From: Lachnospiraceae bacterium
GTDB taxonomy: Bacteria; Bacillota; Clostridia; Lachnospirales; Lachnospiraceae
Length of the DNA: 64,000 nucleotides
Assembly (NCBI GenBank): GCA_016280465.1
Contig: JAEEGT010000043.1
Coordinates: forward strand, 985-64,984
Direction: 5' to 3'
The notes under the pieces are model-generated. The model searched no databases, had not been told where the DNA came from, and saw nothing but the letters and a program-made list of their open reading frames with translations. Both the position numbers and the translations under genes were made by a program. This document shows positions 1 through 9,299 of this stretch, one piece after another (the first letter of the stretch is position 1; each line of letters opens with the position of its first letter).

Positions 1-15
1 CTGCTTGATGCGGCC

Positions 16-2016
16 GTGATGGTTGGTGCCATAGCCATGGGCAATGCGATCTTCACATCAAGGATCGGGATAGAATATGAAGGGTTTTCTGCATTTGCGA
101 ATATGTACGAAAGCAGCGAGACGGCGGATGAGGATCTTTGGAGCCGTCTGGACGGTTCGGGACGTACCTATCTTATCAAAGATCAAGACGGTAAGATCAT
201 ACATCAAAACGGCGTAAATACCATGAGTGACCGATTCGGAAGAATGGAGCTGATGGATTCTTTTGCGACTTTCCGGATCGAGGAGGGGAAAGATATTCCG
301 GGGATCGATGTTCATCTCGGAACTGTGGACGAAAAGGATGCCATCAGGTTGTCGGGTTTTGAGGTGGTAACCGTAAAGTGTTATGAGGATATGGGTGAAT
401 CTGCAATCCATTCTTCCGAAGGCGATATTGAATTAAACTTCTTAAAACTGATACCGAAGGGCGAGTTCTTCAATAACCGGAAATATAAAGGCAATGACGT
501 TATTTCCGCACATCCGGTCTGGGTTGCCATTGATGTGAAGGACGGTAAGGAAACCCTGTACGGCAAGGTCTTTCTTTCCGTCACCGGTCGGGATTTTTCT
601 TTTGCCATTGCACTTATCATAGGGGTCGTCACCACTATTCTGGTGGTTCTGGCGGTCCTTGTGATCAATATCATTTCAACGGTCCGTTATCAAAAGAAAA
701 TGACCATGATCTTCTTAACGGATGACTCCACCAAAGGTCACAACTGGATGTGGTTTCTTCTCAGGGGCGGAAATTATATCCGCAAGAAGTGGCACGACAA
801 GTACAATTATGCCGTTTTGGATTTTGTATTCGTCAATTACAGAAATTACTGTATGTGCCATTCCATTGAGGAGGGTGAGGAGCTGCTTACCAGGGTGGAC
901 AGGATCTTAAGGGATAACACCAACAGGTGGCATGAATTCGTTGCCCACTATGCTTCTGCCAATTTTGCGGTCATGCTCAGATACGGCAGTGACGAGGAAT
1001 TCAAGGCAAGAGTGGACGACATCCTTTCAAAACTCATGAAGGTTGACCCCGATCAGATCTTTCAGTTCCATATAGGAGTCAAGTTTTTGCCCGCCGCCTC
1101 GGAAAAGAACGGCAAATTCAGGCGGAGAAAAGACACGGACCTTGAGGTTGAGTACAATGATGCCTGCACAGCCAGGGCGACACTTGTAAACAATGACAGT
1201 TCCGGAATAGCCTTCTATGATGAGAAACTGGTGGAAGATCAGAAATGGAATGATGTGGTGAGGGCAAGCCAGGAAAAAGCACTGGAAAATGAAGAGTTCC
1301 TGGTTTATTATCAGCCCAAATACGATCCAAAGACCGATAAGCTTAACGGAGCCGAGGCGCTGATACGCTGGAATTCCCCCGAGTACGGTTTCAAAGGCCC
1401 CGGAGCCTTCATACCCATCTTTGAAAAGAACGGCTTTATCAAAAAGATCGATCACTATATGCTCACCCACGTGGCAAGAGATCAAAAGAAATGGTTTGAC
1501 GCGGGTCTGTCCTGCGTGCCTGTTTCCGTCAATATATCAAGAGCCCACTTTATCGAACCGGATCTGGCCGAGCAGATAAGGGATGCTGTTGACAAAGAGG
1601 GCACGCCCCGCGAACTTATAGAGATCGAACTTACGGAGAGCGCTTTCTTTGATGATAAGAACGCTTTGATAAATATCATCAACAAACTTAAGGAATATGG
1701 CTTTGCCGTGTCCATGGACGATTTCGGAAGCGGATATTCTTCTCTGAATTCATTAAAGGACATGCCTCTTGATGTCCTGAAGCTGGATGCGGAATTTTTC
1801 AGAGGCAATTCTGACGGCAACCGCGGCGAGATCGTGGTATCCGAAGCCATAAGCCTTGCAAAAAAACTGAACATGAGAACCGTTGCCGAAGGTGTTGAGG
1901 CCAAGGATCAGGTAGAATTTCTGGCTGCTCAGGGCTGTGACATGATCCAGGGTTACTACTATGCAAAGCCCATGCCGGGCAATGAATACGAACAAAGAAT
2001 GACGATGGACAGATGA
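16..2016 (+). CDS. Membrane-bound c-di-GMP phosphodiesterase (degenerate GGDEF + EAL); probably 5'-truncated by window edge
   Basis: EALIRW, PVSVN, IEIELTE, DDFGSGYSS and AEGVE motifs of EAL domain; GGDEF position reads YASANF; TM helix near aa 195-222. Confidence 0.9.
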   Translation: MMVGAIAMGNAIFTSRIGIEYEGFSAFANMYESSETADEDLWSRLDGSGRTYLIKDQDGKIIHQNGVNTMSDRFGRMELMDSFATFRIEEGKDIPGIDVHLGTVDEKDAIRLSGFEVVTVKCYEDMGESAIHSSEGDIELNFLKLIPKGEFFNNRKYKGNDVISAHPVWVAIDVKDGKETLYGKVFLSVTGRDFSFAIALIIGVVTTILVVLAVLVINIISTVRYQKKMTMIFLTDDSTKGHNWMWFLLRGGNYIRKKWHDKYNYAVLDFVFVNYRNYCMCHSIEEGEELLTRVDRILRDNTNRWHEFVAHYASANFAVMLRYGSDEEFKARVDDILSKLMKVDPDQIFQFHIGVKFLPAASEKNGKFRRRKDTDLEVEYNDACTARATLVNNDSSGIAFYDEKLVEDQKWNDVVRASQEKALENEEFLVYYQPKYDPKTDKLNGAEALIRWNSPEYGFKGPGAFIPIFEKNGFIKKIDHYMLTHVARDQKKWFDAGLSCVPVSVNISRAHFIEPDLAEQIRDAVDKEGTPRELIEIELTESAFFDDKNALINIINKLKEYGFAVSMDDFGSGYSSLNSLKDMPLDVLKLDAEFFRGNSDGNRGEIVVSEAISLAKKLNMRTVAEGVEAKDQVEFLAAQGCDMIQGYYYAKPMPGNEYEQRMTMDR

Positions 2017-2017
2017 T

Positions 2018-2071
2018 AAAGAAAACACCCCCGAGACAGCCGGTATCAGGCCGCGTCGGGGGTGTTTTTTT
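2018..2071. terminator. Bidirectional intrinsic terminator
   Basis: AAAACACCCCCGA...TCGGGGGTGTTTTTTT between convergent genes. Confidence 0.85.
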
Positions 2072-2081
2072 GTCATGAAGA

Positions 2082-3317
2082 TCATTTTTCTTCACAGACC
2101 TGGAAGATATAAAATTTCAGATAATATGATTCATCCGCTGCCCAAAGGATCGGGTGATCCGGGGCCTGGGTGCGGAATTCAACCTGGCGAAGGCGCTTGT
2201 GGACAGCTTTGGCAGCCTGCCCTATGACTTCGGTGAAGAGCTCCTGGGTCATGAAATGGGAGCAGGAGCAAGTGGCAAGGAAACCGCCGTCGCGAACCAG
2301 CTTCAGTCCCTTCATGTTAATCTCGCGGTACCCCTTCATGGCGTTCTTAGTGGCTTCTTTTGACTTGGTAAAAGCAGGGGGATCCAAGATCACCACATCG
2401 TACTTTTCCCCTGCGTCGTAAAGTTTCGGAAGCTCGTCAAGTACGTTGGCGGCACGGAATTTGACCCGATCCGAAAGACCGTTACGGGCTGAGTTTTCCG
2501 TAGCCTGGGAAACCGCAAATTCGGAAATGTCAAGCCCGGTCACATCGGTGGCACCCGCAAGACCGCAGTTTAAAGCAAAGGTTCCCATGTGGGTAAAGCA
2601 GTCAAGGACCTTCACAGAACCCTGAGAAGCTTTAAGCCCCGAGATGACTCTTTGCATAGCCAGTCTGTTATATTTCTGGTCGAGAAAGAAACCGGTCTTC
2701 TGTCCGTTGACCACATCCACCAGATATTTTACGCCGTTTTCAACGATTTCCACATCAGTATCAAATTCGGGACCGATGAAACCTTTGCTTGGCAGCAGTC
2801 CTTCTTTTTTCCGAACGGGAGCATCGGAGCGCTCATAGACCCCGCGGATCTTAAAGCCGTCTTTTTCCAGGATCTCTTTTAGATCATTAAGGATGGTTTC
2901 TTTCAGGCGATCCATTCCCAAAGCCAGACATTCCACCACCAGTACATCGGAATACTTGTCAACAACAAGTCCGGGAAGAAAGTCTGCTTCTCCGAAGATG
3001 ATTCGGCAGCAGTTCAAGTCTTCCGAAGCCATGACCGCTTTTCTGTATTCCCAGGCCGTTTTCACTCTGGCATAAAGAAAGGCTTCGTCGATCACAGGGT
3101 TCTTGGATCTTGTGAGCATGCGGATCCTGATTTTGGAATTCTGGTTGATAAATCCCGCACCCAAAGGAAAACCGTCAAAGTCGTGAACTCGCACGATATC
3201 CCCGTTTTTGAAGGTTCCCGTGATGGATTCTATTTCGTTGTCGTAAATCCAGGCGCCGCCGGCCTTCAGGGCCCGCCCTTCGCCTTTTCTCAGTGTTACT
3301 ACCGTGTTATTGATCAT
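2082..3317 (-). CDS. rlmI: RlmI/YwbD-family SAM-dependent 23S rRNA m5C methyltransferase
   Basis: PUA-like N-terminus, GQKTGFFLDQ, VLDCFTHMGTF, VILDPPAF, TCSCS motifs. Confidence 0.85.
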   Translation of the reverse strand: MINNTVVTLRKGEGRALKAGGAWIYDNEIESITGTFKNGDIVRVHDFDGFPLGAGFINQNSKIRIRMLTRSKNPVIDEAFLYARVKTAWEYRKAVMASEDLNCCRIIFGEADFLPGLVVDKYSDVLVVECLALGMDRLKETILNDLKEILEKDGFKIRGVYERSDAPVRKKEGLLPSKGFIGPEFDTDVEIVENGVKYLVDVVNGQKTGFFLDQKYNRLAMQRVISGLKASQGSVKVLDCFTHMGTFALNCGLAGATDVTGLDISEFAVSQATENSARNGLSDRVKFRAANVLDELPKLYDAGEKYDVVILDPPAFTKSKEATKNAMKGYREINMKGLKLVRDGGFLATCSCSHFMTQELFTEVIGQAAKAVHKRLRQVEFRTQAPDHPILWAADESYYLKFYIFQVCEEK

Positions 3318-3328
3318 GTTAAAGTCCG

Positions 3329-3832
3329 TTACTCACCTTTGATTCCTTTTACAATAATCATAACAAGTTTTACCACATATACAACCATAATAATGGGTTT
3401 AAGGAACAAAAAGCAGGGCAGAATCAAGAGCATAATGAGAAATCTGAAGAGTACGGCACCGAGTGCTTTAATTCCGCCGTCACTTCCCTCTCCAATAATA
3501 CTGCCGTTTCTGATAAGCACGTAGTCGTTGTGATCCAGCTCATATTCCATTTCCGCAATGATACCTTTGAAACAGATTCTGGCTATTGCGATAAGATCCG
3601 TGAAGGCAGCCAGTACGCCCACGGGCCATATCATGTCGAAATACTGTTTAAACAGTACGCTGAAGTAAGCAAAGAAAGGGATACATTTCATATTATCCCA
3701 TGCTTCTTTGAAGGTATAGGGATAGAAATCCAGAAATTTATTTGTTCTTCCGACGAAGAAATATACAGCGACTATATAGGTTGCGATTCCGAGAAGTATT
3801 CTGAGAACCTGTTTGATTATTTTCCATACCAT
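3329..3832 (-). CDS. Hypothetical membrane protein
   Basis: 167 aa, about 3-4 hydrophobic segments, GGAGG RBS upstream, tight spacing with neighbours. Confidence 0.7.
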   Translation of the reverse strand: MVWKIIKQVLRILLGIATYIVAVYFFVGRTNKFLDFYPYTFKEAWDNMKCIPFFAYFSVLFKQYFDMIWPVGVLAAFTDLIAIARICFKGIIAEMEYELDHNDYVLIRNGSIIGEGSDGGIKALGAVLFRFLIMLLILPCFLFLKPIIMVVYVVKLVMIIVKGIKGE

Positions 3833-3860
3833 AAGTTTGGCCTCCCGCTATTCCTGTGAA

Positions 3861-4418
3861 TCAATAATTTGAGAAGTATATGCTGACACTTATATTGTGG
3901 GATGCACTGTATTTCTGCGGATATCCGTCGATGTATACTCTCAGAAACTTCTTGTCGGAAGCACCTTCCGGTGTCTCCATGCCTAAATCAAGACTGTAGG
4001 TGTTCTTTTTCTTGTCTTCTTTATAACTTGTTTGTCCGAACCCGGCGTCAAAGAGCTTTTTCTGAAGGTCTCCGATGAAAGTCTCAAAGTCGTCGGGAAC
4101 TTTGTAGTATAAATACATGTGGTCCGAGAAGTATTCGACTGTGTCCACAGTATCCGTAAGTTTGGGGATATACTTCATGGTATCGCACAAAGAAACGGTT
4201 TTGTCCCAGGACACGTTTCTTTCGGATTTGTCCGAAAGATAATAGTCATATCCGTACAAAGCAAAATACTTCCCGAGAGCACGCATGGTATCGGGACTCT
4301 CCGCACGGCACTGTTTGTAAAGCGACATCATCTTTGCGGGTGAGTCACATCCACCGCACCCTGACAATGTTCCCGTCAAAATCACGATCAGCAATAATCT
4401 GGCGATTTTCTTTTTCAT
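3861..4418 (-). CDS. Hypothetical lipoprotein
   Basis: MKKK-hydrophobic-LSGC lipobox; AAAGGA RBS. Confidence 0.75.
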   Translation of the reverse strand: MKKKIARLLLIVILTGTLSGCGGCDSPAKMMSLYKQCRAESPDTMRALGKYFALYGYDYYLSDKSERNVSWDKTVSLCDTMKYIPKLTDTVDTVEYFSDHMYLYYKVPDDFETFIGDLQKKLFDAGFGQTSYKEDKKKNTYSLDLGMETPEGASDKKFLRVYIDGYPQKYSASHNISVSIYFSNY

Positions 4419-4475
4419 AAAGTGAGTATCCTTTCATAAAGTGTAGAGGGGCAGAAAACCTGCCGTTACAGGAAA

Positions 4476-4504
4476 AATGTAGCAAGGCGGAAGATCGGTG
4501 TCAA
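4476..4504 (-). promoter_or_regulatory. SigA-type promoter for lipoprotein-membrane protein-rlmI unit
   Basis: Minus strand TTGACA-17 nt-TACATT with TG extension. Confidence 0.6.
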
Positions 4505-4640
4505 TCCGTGTATGTTATCACATTTTTGCAGGTTAGTGGTCATTTTGACATTGTTTTGCGAAGGGCAGGGCGTTCTTTAATTATCCGTGTTCGGTAAAGG
4601 TGTAAAATGAAGGGTAGTTTGAACCCGTAAGGAGGACTTC

Positions 4641-6104
4641 ATGAAAAAGAATATTTTAAAAATAGCAGCGTTGTTATTGGGAATAGTTCTGATTTGCGGC
4701 TGCGGAGGAGCACCTGCTTCTTCGGAAAGCAAGGATTCTTCCGGCAAAAAAGAAACCAAGGCCGGAACTTCAGTTTCGGTATCGGTCAAGGAGACCCTGA
4801 GTGATGATGACATTCCCGATAAGACAGTTACATCTTTTACCATTCCCGACGGAACTAAGGTAATCAGTTACGAAGCATTTGAAGACTGCACAAATCTTAC
4901 TGAAATCGTGATTCCCGACAGTGTCACAAAGATTGAAACCGGGGCTTTCAAATACTGCACATCCCTTAAGAAGGTAAAATTATCCGCAGGGCTTACGGAA
5001 ATGGGCAACAGCGTGTTTGAAGGCTGTACCGCTCTTGAAGAAGTCACTATTCCTGAGGGAGCCAAGACCGTAGGTAACTGGACTTTTCTGTACTGCTCAT
5101 CCATTAAGGAAATAACCATTCCCGGAACCGTTGATACCGTGGGAGAGGCTGCTTTTTCCGGCTGTACAAACCTTACAAAAGTAACGGTTAAGGACGGTGT
5201 CAAACATATTGACAGGAACTGCTTCTACGACTGTAATAATCTTACGGAAGTCTGGATAGGGGATACGGTTGAGACTCTATGGTCAGAGATGTTTAAAAAA
5301 CTTCCCAAGCTTACATCTCTTCACCTGCCGGATTCTTTGACTTCAATTCCAAATTATCTGTGCAAAGAGTGTACCGCCATTGAATCCATCAACATTCCTT
5401 CCAAGGCTCAGGAGATCGGAGCTTATGCTTTTCAGGATTGTACGGGATTAAAGTCTGTCAGCATCCCCGGGTCTGTTAAGAATATTTACAGCGGTGCCTT
5501 TGCAGGCTGTACGAACCTAACCATCGTTGAGTTTTCTGAGGGACTTGAAAAGATTGATAGACAGGCTTTCGCTGACAGCGGTATCGTTGAGATCTCTCTT
5601 CCCGAAAGTCTAAAGGTCATCGATGAAGAAGTATTTTATAAATGCGCATCCCTTAAGAAGGTTAAGTTCCCTTCCCGAATGGAAAGCATAGGCATATACG
5701 CATTCAAATACTGTGAATCACTGGAAGAAGCAATACTTCCTGAAGGCCTGACCGAATTGGATGTCTTCGGCGGCTGTACTTCTCTTAAGAATGTAAAACT
5801 TCCCGCCGGATTAAAGTCTGTGAGCGGTTTTGACGGGACGGCTATCGAAACCATTGAATTGCCTGCAGGCCTCGAATCTATTCCCATGGGTGCTTTCTCG
5901 GGCTGCATAAATCTTAAGGAGATTAAGATTCCTGATACCGTAACCAATCTTGGAAGCGCCGTTTTCAGAGGCTGCACCGCTCTTGAAAAGATCTATGTAT
6001 CCCAGAAGACACTGGATGCTACCGGCCTTAAGCTTACACGCTCCACCGGAGAGTTCTACCAGTGGCTTAAAGTGGAAAGCACCACTCAGGGAGAATTGTA
6101 CTGA
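4641..6104 (+). CDS. BspA-family leucine-rich repeat (LRR_5) surface lipoprotein
   Basis: Lipobox ICGC; many IPxSVTxIGxxAFxxCxxL-type repeats; AGGAGG RBS. Confidence 0.92.
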   Translation: MKKNILKIAALLLGIVLICGCGGAPASSESKDSSGKKETKAGTSVSVSVKETLSDDDIPDKTVTSFTIPDGTKVISYEAFEDCTNLTEIVIPDSVTKIETGAFKYCTSLKKVKLSAGLTEMGNSVFEGCTALEEVTIPEGAKTVGNWTFLYCSSIKEITIPGTVDTVGEAAFSGCTNLTKVTVKDGVKHIDRNCFYDCNNLTEVWIGDTVETLWSEMFKKLPKLTSLHLPDSLTSIPNYLCKECTAIESINIPSKAQEIGAYAFQDCTGLKSVSIPGSVKNIYSGAFAGCTNLTIVEFSEGLEKIDRQAFADSGIVEISLPESLKVIDEEVFYKCASLKKVKFPSRMESIGIYAFKYCESLEEAILPEGLTELDVFGGCTSLKNVKLPAGLKSVSGFDGTAIETIELPAGLESIPMGAFSGCINLKEIKIPDTVTNLGSAVFRGCTALEKIYVSQKTLDATGLKLTRSTGEFYQWLKVESTTQGELY

Positions 6105-6308
6105 CATTTAGAGAAATGTGATCAAATAGAAACATAAAAGCCCTTCTGTTTAAGCATTTTTAAGTGATCGTTCGCTAAATAAATAGAAGAATATGATATA
6201 ATAAACCCTGCGGATACGTTTCTGCAGGGTTCATTATTATCGCAAAGCCGGTCTGCCGGCTTACGACAGGCGGGGGAATCAAACCCCTGCCCGATTATCG
6301 AGGATAAA

Positions 6309-7040
6309 ATGGAAGAGATCAGGGTTTCCGTGGCGATTGCCACCTACAACGGAGAAAAATACATAGAGGAACAGATCCGGAGCGTTCTTTCAAATCTGAA
6401 GGATAAGGATGAAGTGGTAATATCCGACGACGGTTCTAAGGACGGTACCCTCAGGGTGGTATCTTTGATATCCGATCCGAGGATCAGGGTCATAAAGGGC
6501 CCCGGTCTCGGAGTAAAGAAAAACTTTGAGAATGCCATAAGGAACTGTGGCGGAAAGTACATTTTCCTTTGCGACCAGGATGATATCTGGGCTTCGGACA
6601 AAGTAGACAGAGTGCTTGCCATCTTCGAACAAAGAAAATGTCCCGTTGTTGTCCATGACTGCAGCGTTATCGATGAAAAGGGCAGCGTGATGACAGATTC
6701 TTTTTTCAGATTGAAGAGATCCGGTCCCGGGGTATTTAAAAACATCTTAAAGAACACTTACATAGGCTGCTGTATGGCGTTTGATAAAGAAAGCCTTGAG
6801 AATACGATCCTTCCCATTCCAGACACTATAGTCATGCACGATCAGTGGATAGGAGTTCTGGCGGATCTTAAAGGCGGAAGCGTGTTTATCCCGGATAAGC
6901 TCATCAAATACAGAAGGCACGGAAACAATACCTGGGAATTCAACAGACATTTCGGCTTTTTCACCATGCTCACAAACCGCATTGTATTTGTAAAAGAACT
7001 GTCAAAAAGAAGAAAAGAACTAAAAAGACAGACTATTTAG
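6309..7040 (+). CDS. Glycosyltransferase family 2
   Basis: ATYNGEKY, SDDGSKD, FLCDQDDIW, HDQW, YRRH motifs. Confidence 0.92.
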   Translation: MEEIRVSVAIATYNGEKYIEEQIRSVLSNLKDKDEVVISDDGSKDGTLRVVSLISDPRIRVIKGPGLGVKKNFENAIRNCGGKYIFLCDQDDIWASDKVDRVLAIFEQRKCPVVVHDCSVIDEKGSVMTDSFFRLKRSGPGVFKNILKNTYIGCCMAFDKESLENTILPIPDTIVMHDQWIGVLADLKGGSVFIPDKLIKYRRHGNNTWEFNRHFGFFTMLTNRIVFVKELSKRRKELKRQTI

Positions 7041-7057
7041 TGTGAGCTATTTTTCTC

Positions 7058-7086
7058 TTTACAACATATAGTGTATGTGCAATAAT
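7058..7086 (+). promoter_or_regulatory. Probable SigA promoter of pyrR
   Basis: TTTACA-17 nt-AATAAT with TG extension. Confidence 0.5.
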
Positions 7087-7099
7087 AATACTCGTAAGA

Positions 7100-7207
7100 T
7101 TCCTTTAAGTCCGGCACAGAGAGGCCGGTAAGGTGTCACATATGACCCCCTTGGTGGGACTTTGTATGTATCGCCGCGTGCTCTCTGAGCATGCGGCTTT
7201 TGTTTTG
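7100..7207 (+). promoter_or_regulatory. PyrR-binding RNA element and attenuator terminator
   Basis: CCTTTAA-GT-CCGGC-ACAGAGAG-GCCGG-T-AAGG binding-loop architecture followed by GCCGCGTGCTC-tct-GAGCATGCGGC-TTTT hairpin directly upstream of pyrR. Confidence 0.8.
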
Positions 7208-7226
7208 CGGAAGGTAAACAGGCAAT

Positions 7227-7763
7227 ATGTCAAAATACAAAGCTACTTTGATGGACGAGGCTTCCATCGGCCGTGCCATGAAGAGGATCTCCCACGAGAT
7301 CCTGGAGCATAACGGTGGTTGCGATGATCTGTTCCTCATTGGAATAAAAAGAAGAGGTGTTCCGCTGGCGGAGATCATCAGGGACAACATAGTCCTGATC
7401 GAGGGAAAGCACGTGGATATCGGCGAGATAGACATTACCTTCTATCGTGACGACCTTGAGATGAACACGGAGGAGCCGGTGATCCGCAAGTCCCAGATCC
7501 CTGTGGATCTGACAGGGAAAACCGTTATCCTCGTGGATGATGTTCTTTATACCGGACGCACCGCAAGAGCTGCCATGGAGGCGGTCTTAAGCCACGGCAG
7601 AGCTTCCGCAATCCAGCTTGCGGTTCTTATAGACAGAGGACACAGAGAATTGCCCATCCGTGGAGACTACGTCGGAAAGAACGTACCTACCTCCAAGGCT
7701 GAGCACGTTAAAGTCAAGATCCCGCCCTTTGATGAAATAATGAGCGTGGAACTTTACGGATAG
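7227..7763 (+). CDS. pyrR: Pyrimidine operon regulator / uracil phosphoribosyltransferase PyrR
   Basis: RISHEILE, DITFYRDD, VILVDDVLYTGRT, DRGHRELPIR motifs. Confidence 0.97.
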   Translation: MSKYKATLMDEASIGRAMKRISHEILEHNGGCDDLFLIGIKRRGVPLAEIIRDNIVLIEGKHVDIGEIDITFYRDDLEMNTEEPVIRKSQIPVDLTGKTVILVDDVLYTGRTARAAMEAVLSHGRASAIQLAVLIDRGHRELPIRGDYVGKNVPTSKAEHVKVKIPPFDEIMSVELYG

Positions 7764-7889
7764 TGACCGGGGAGACCCGTGACTATATAATCCAAAAATC
7801 TTGCCGTCCCATAAAGGACAGGCATTTACGTCAGCCCGGGCCAAAGGTCAAAACAAAGCGGGCGACGGTCAAAGAAGGAGGAAAATTTC

Positions 7890-9209
7890 ATGAAACTAAC
7901 TTATGGCGTAGCAGACAAGCCCAAAATGGGCCAGGTAATCGTGTTTGCTCTGCAGCAGCTGCTTGCTATCCTTGCAGCAACCATCGCGGTTCCCGCAATC
8001 ATCGGTAACGACATGTCCGCATCCGCAGCACTTTTCGGTGCAGGTGTAGGTACCATCGTTTATCTTCTTTTCACCAAATTTAAGAGCCCCGTATTCCTCG
8101 GTTCTTCCTTTGCTTTCATCGGTTCAATGTTCGCAGCATTCGGCGGCGCAGCATCCGCAGCCATCGGATATGCCGGAATCATCCTCGGTGCTGTATTCGC
8201 AGGCCTTGTTTATGTAGTTATCGCTATCATCGTTAAGGCAGTGGGCGTTAAGTGGATCAACAAGCTCATGCCCGCAGTTGTTATCGGACCCACCGTTGCC
8301 ATCATCGGACTTTCACTTGCAGGCAATGCGGTAGGCGATGTACTGGGTAACTCTCACGGAACCGCTTCCACTTATGTTTGCATCATCTGCGGTCTCGTAA
8401 CACTTTTCGTGACCATGCTCTGCTCCGTATTCGGTAAGAGAATGCTCAAGATGATCCCCTTCATCATCGGTATCTGCGCAGGATATTTAACCGCAACCGT
8501 ATTCACTCTCATCGGCAATGCTACCGGCAATGTAGCACTTCAGGTAATCAACTTCTCCGCTTTCGAAAACATGAAGTGGATCCCCGACTTCACCTTCGTA
8601 ACCGCATTTAACGGCGGCTTCTCCAATCTTACTCCCGGATACATCGGAACCGTTGCGGCAGCTTACATCCCTGTAGCATTCGTAGTATTCGCAGAGCACA
8701 TTGCAGACCACAAGAACCTTTCCTCCATTATTGAATCCGACCTTCTTGAGGAGCCCGGTCTTCACAGAACTCTCCTTGGTGACGGTATCGGTTCCATGGT
8801 GGGTGCTTTCTTCGGCGGCTGCCCCAACACCACTTATGGTGAGTCCGTAGGCTGTGTGGCTATCTCCGGAAATGCTTCTGTAGTAACTATCTTTACTACC
8901 GCCATAATTGCCATCATCGCATCCTTCTTCGGACCCTTCGTAACCGTGCTTTCCACCATTCCCGCCTGTGTAATGGGTGGTGTTTGCGTAGCTCTTTACG
9001 GCTTCATCGCAGTATCCGGTCTTAAGATGATCCAGAAGGTAGACCTTGATGACAACACCAACCTCTTCACCGTATCCGTTATCCTCATCGCAGGTATCGG
9101 CGGCTTCGCAGTATCCTTCGGTTCCGTTACCATTACCGAAGTTGCATGCGCTCTTATCCTTGGTATCATCACCAACAAGGTACTTTCCATCGGTAAAAAG
9201 AAAAACTGA
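7890..9209 (+). CDS. uraA: Uracil permease (NCS2/UraA-PyrP family)
   Basis: LGSSFAF, EHIADH, PNTTYGE motifs; multi-TM; follows pyrR. Confidence 0.92.
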   Translation: MKLTYGVADKPKMGQVIVFALQQLLAILAATIAVPAIIGNDMSASAALFGAGVGTIVYLLFTKFKSPVFLGSSFAFIGSMFAAFGGAASAAIGYAGIILGAVFAGLVYVVIAIIVKAVGVKWINKLMPAVVIGPTVAIIGLSLAGNAVGDVLGNSHGTASTYVCIICGLVTLFVTMLCSVFGKRMLKMIPFIIGICAGYLTATVFTLIGNATGNVALQVINFSAFENMKWIPDFTFVTAFNGGFSNLTPGYIGTVAAAYIPVAFVVFAEHIADHKNLSSIIESDLLEEPGLHRTLLGDGIGSMVGAFFGGCPNTTYGESVGCVAISGNASVVTIFTTAIIAIIASFFGPFVTVLSTIPACVMGGVCVALYGFIAVSGLKMIQKVDLDDNTNLFTVSVILIAGIGGFAVSFGSVTITEVACALILGIITNKVLSIGKKKN

Positions 9210-9231
9210 TCCGATCCGGACATAAAGAAAT

Positions 9232-9281
9232 AAAAAGAACAGCCATGTGCCGATAATCCGGTGCATGGCTGTTTTGCTTTT
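9232..9281. terminator. Bidirectional terminator
   Basis: AACAGCCATGT...GCATGGCTGTT stem flanked by A and T tracts between convergent genes. Confidence 0.75.
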
Positions 9282-9299
9282 ACTGAAAAAGAAAAGTGT

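Noticed and set aside
8487-9266. 259-aa antisense ORF
   Set aside because: Shadow of the uracil permease caused by codon bias; no recognisable domain
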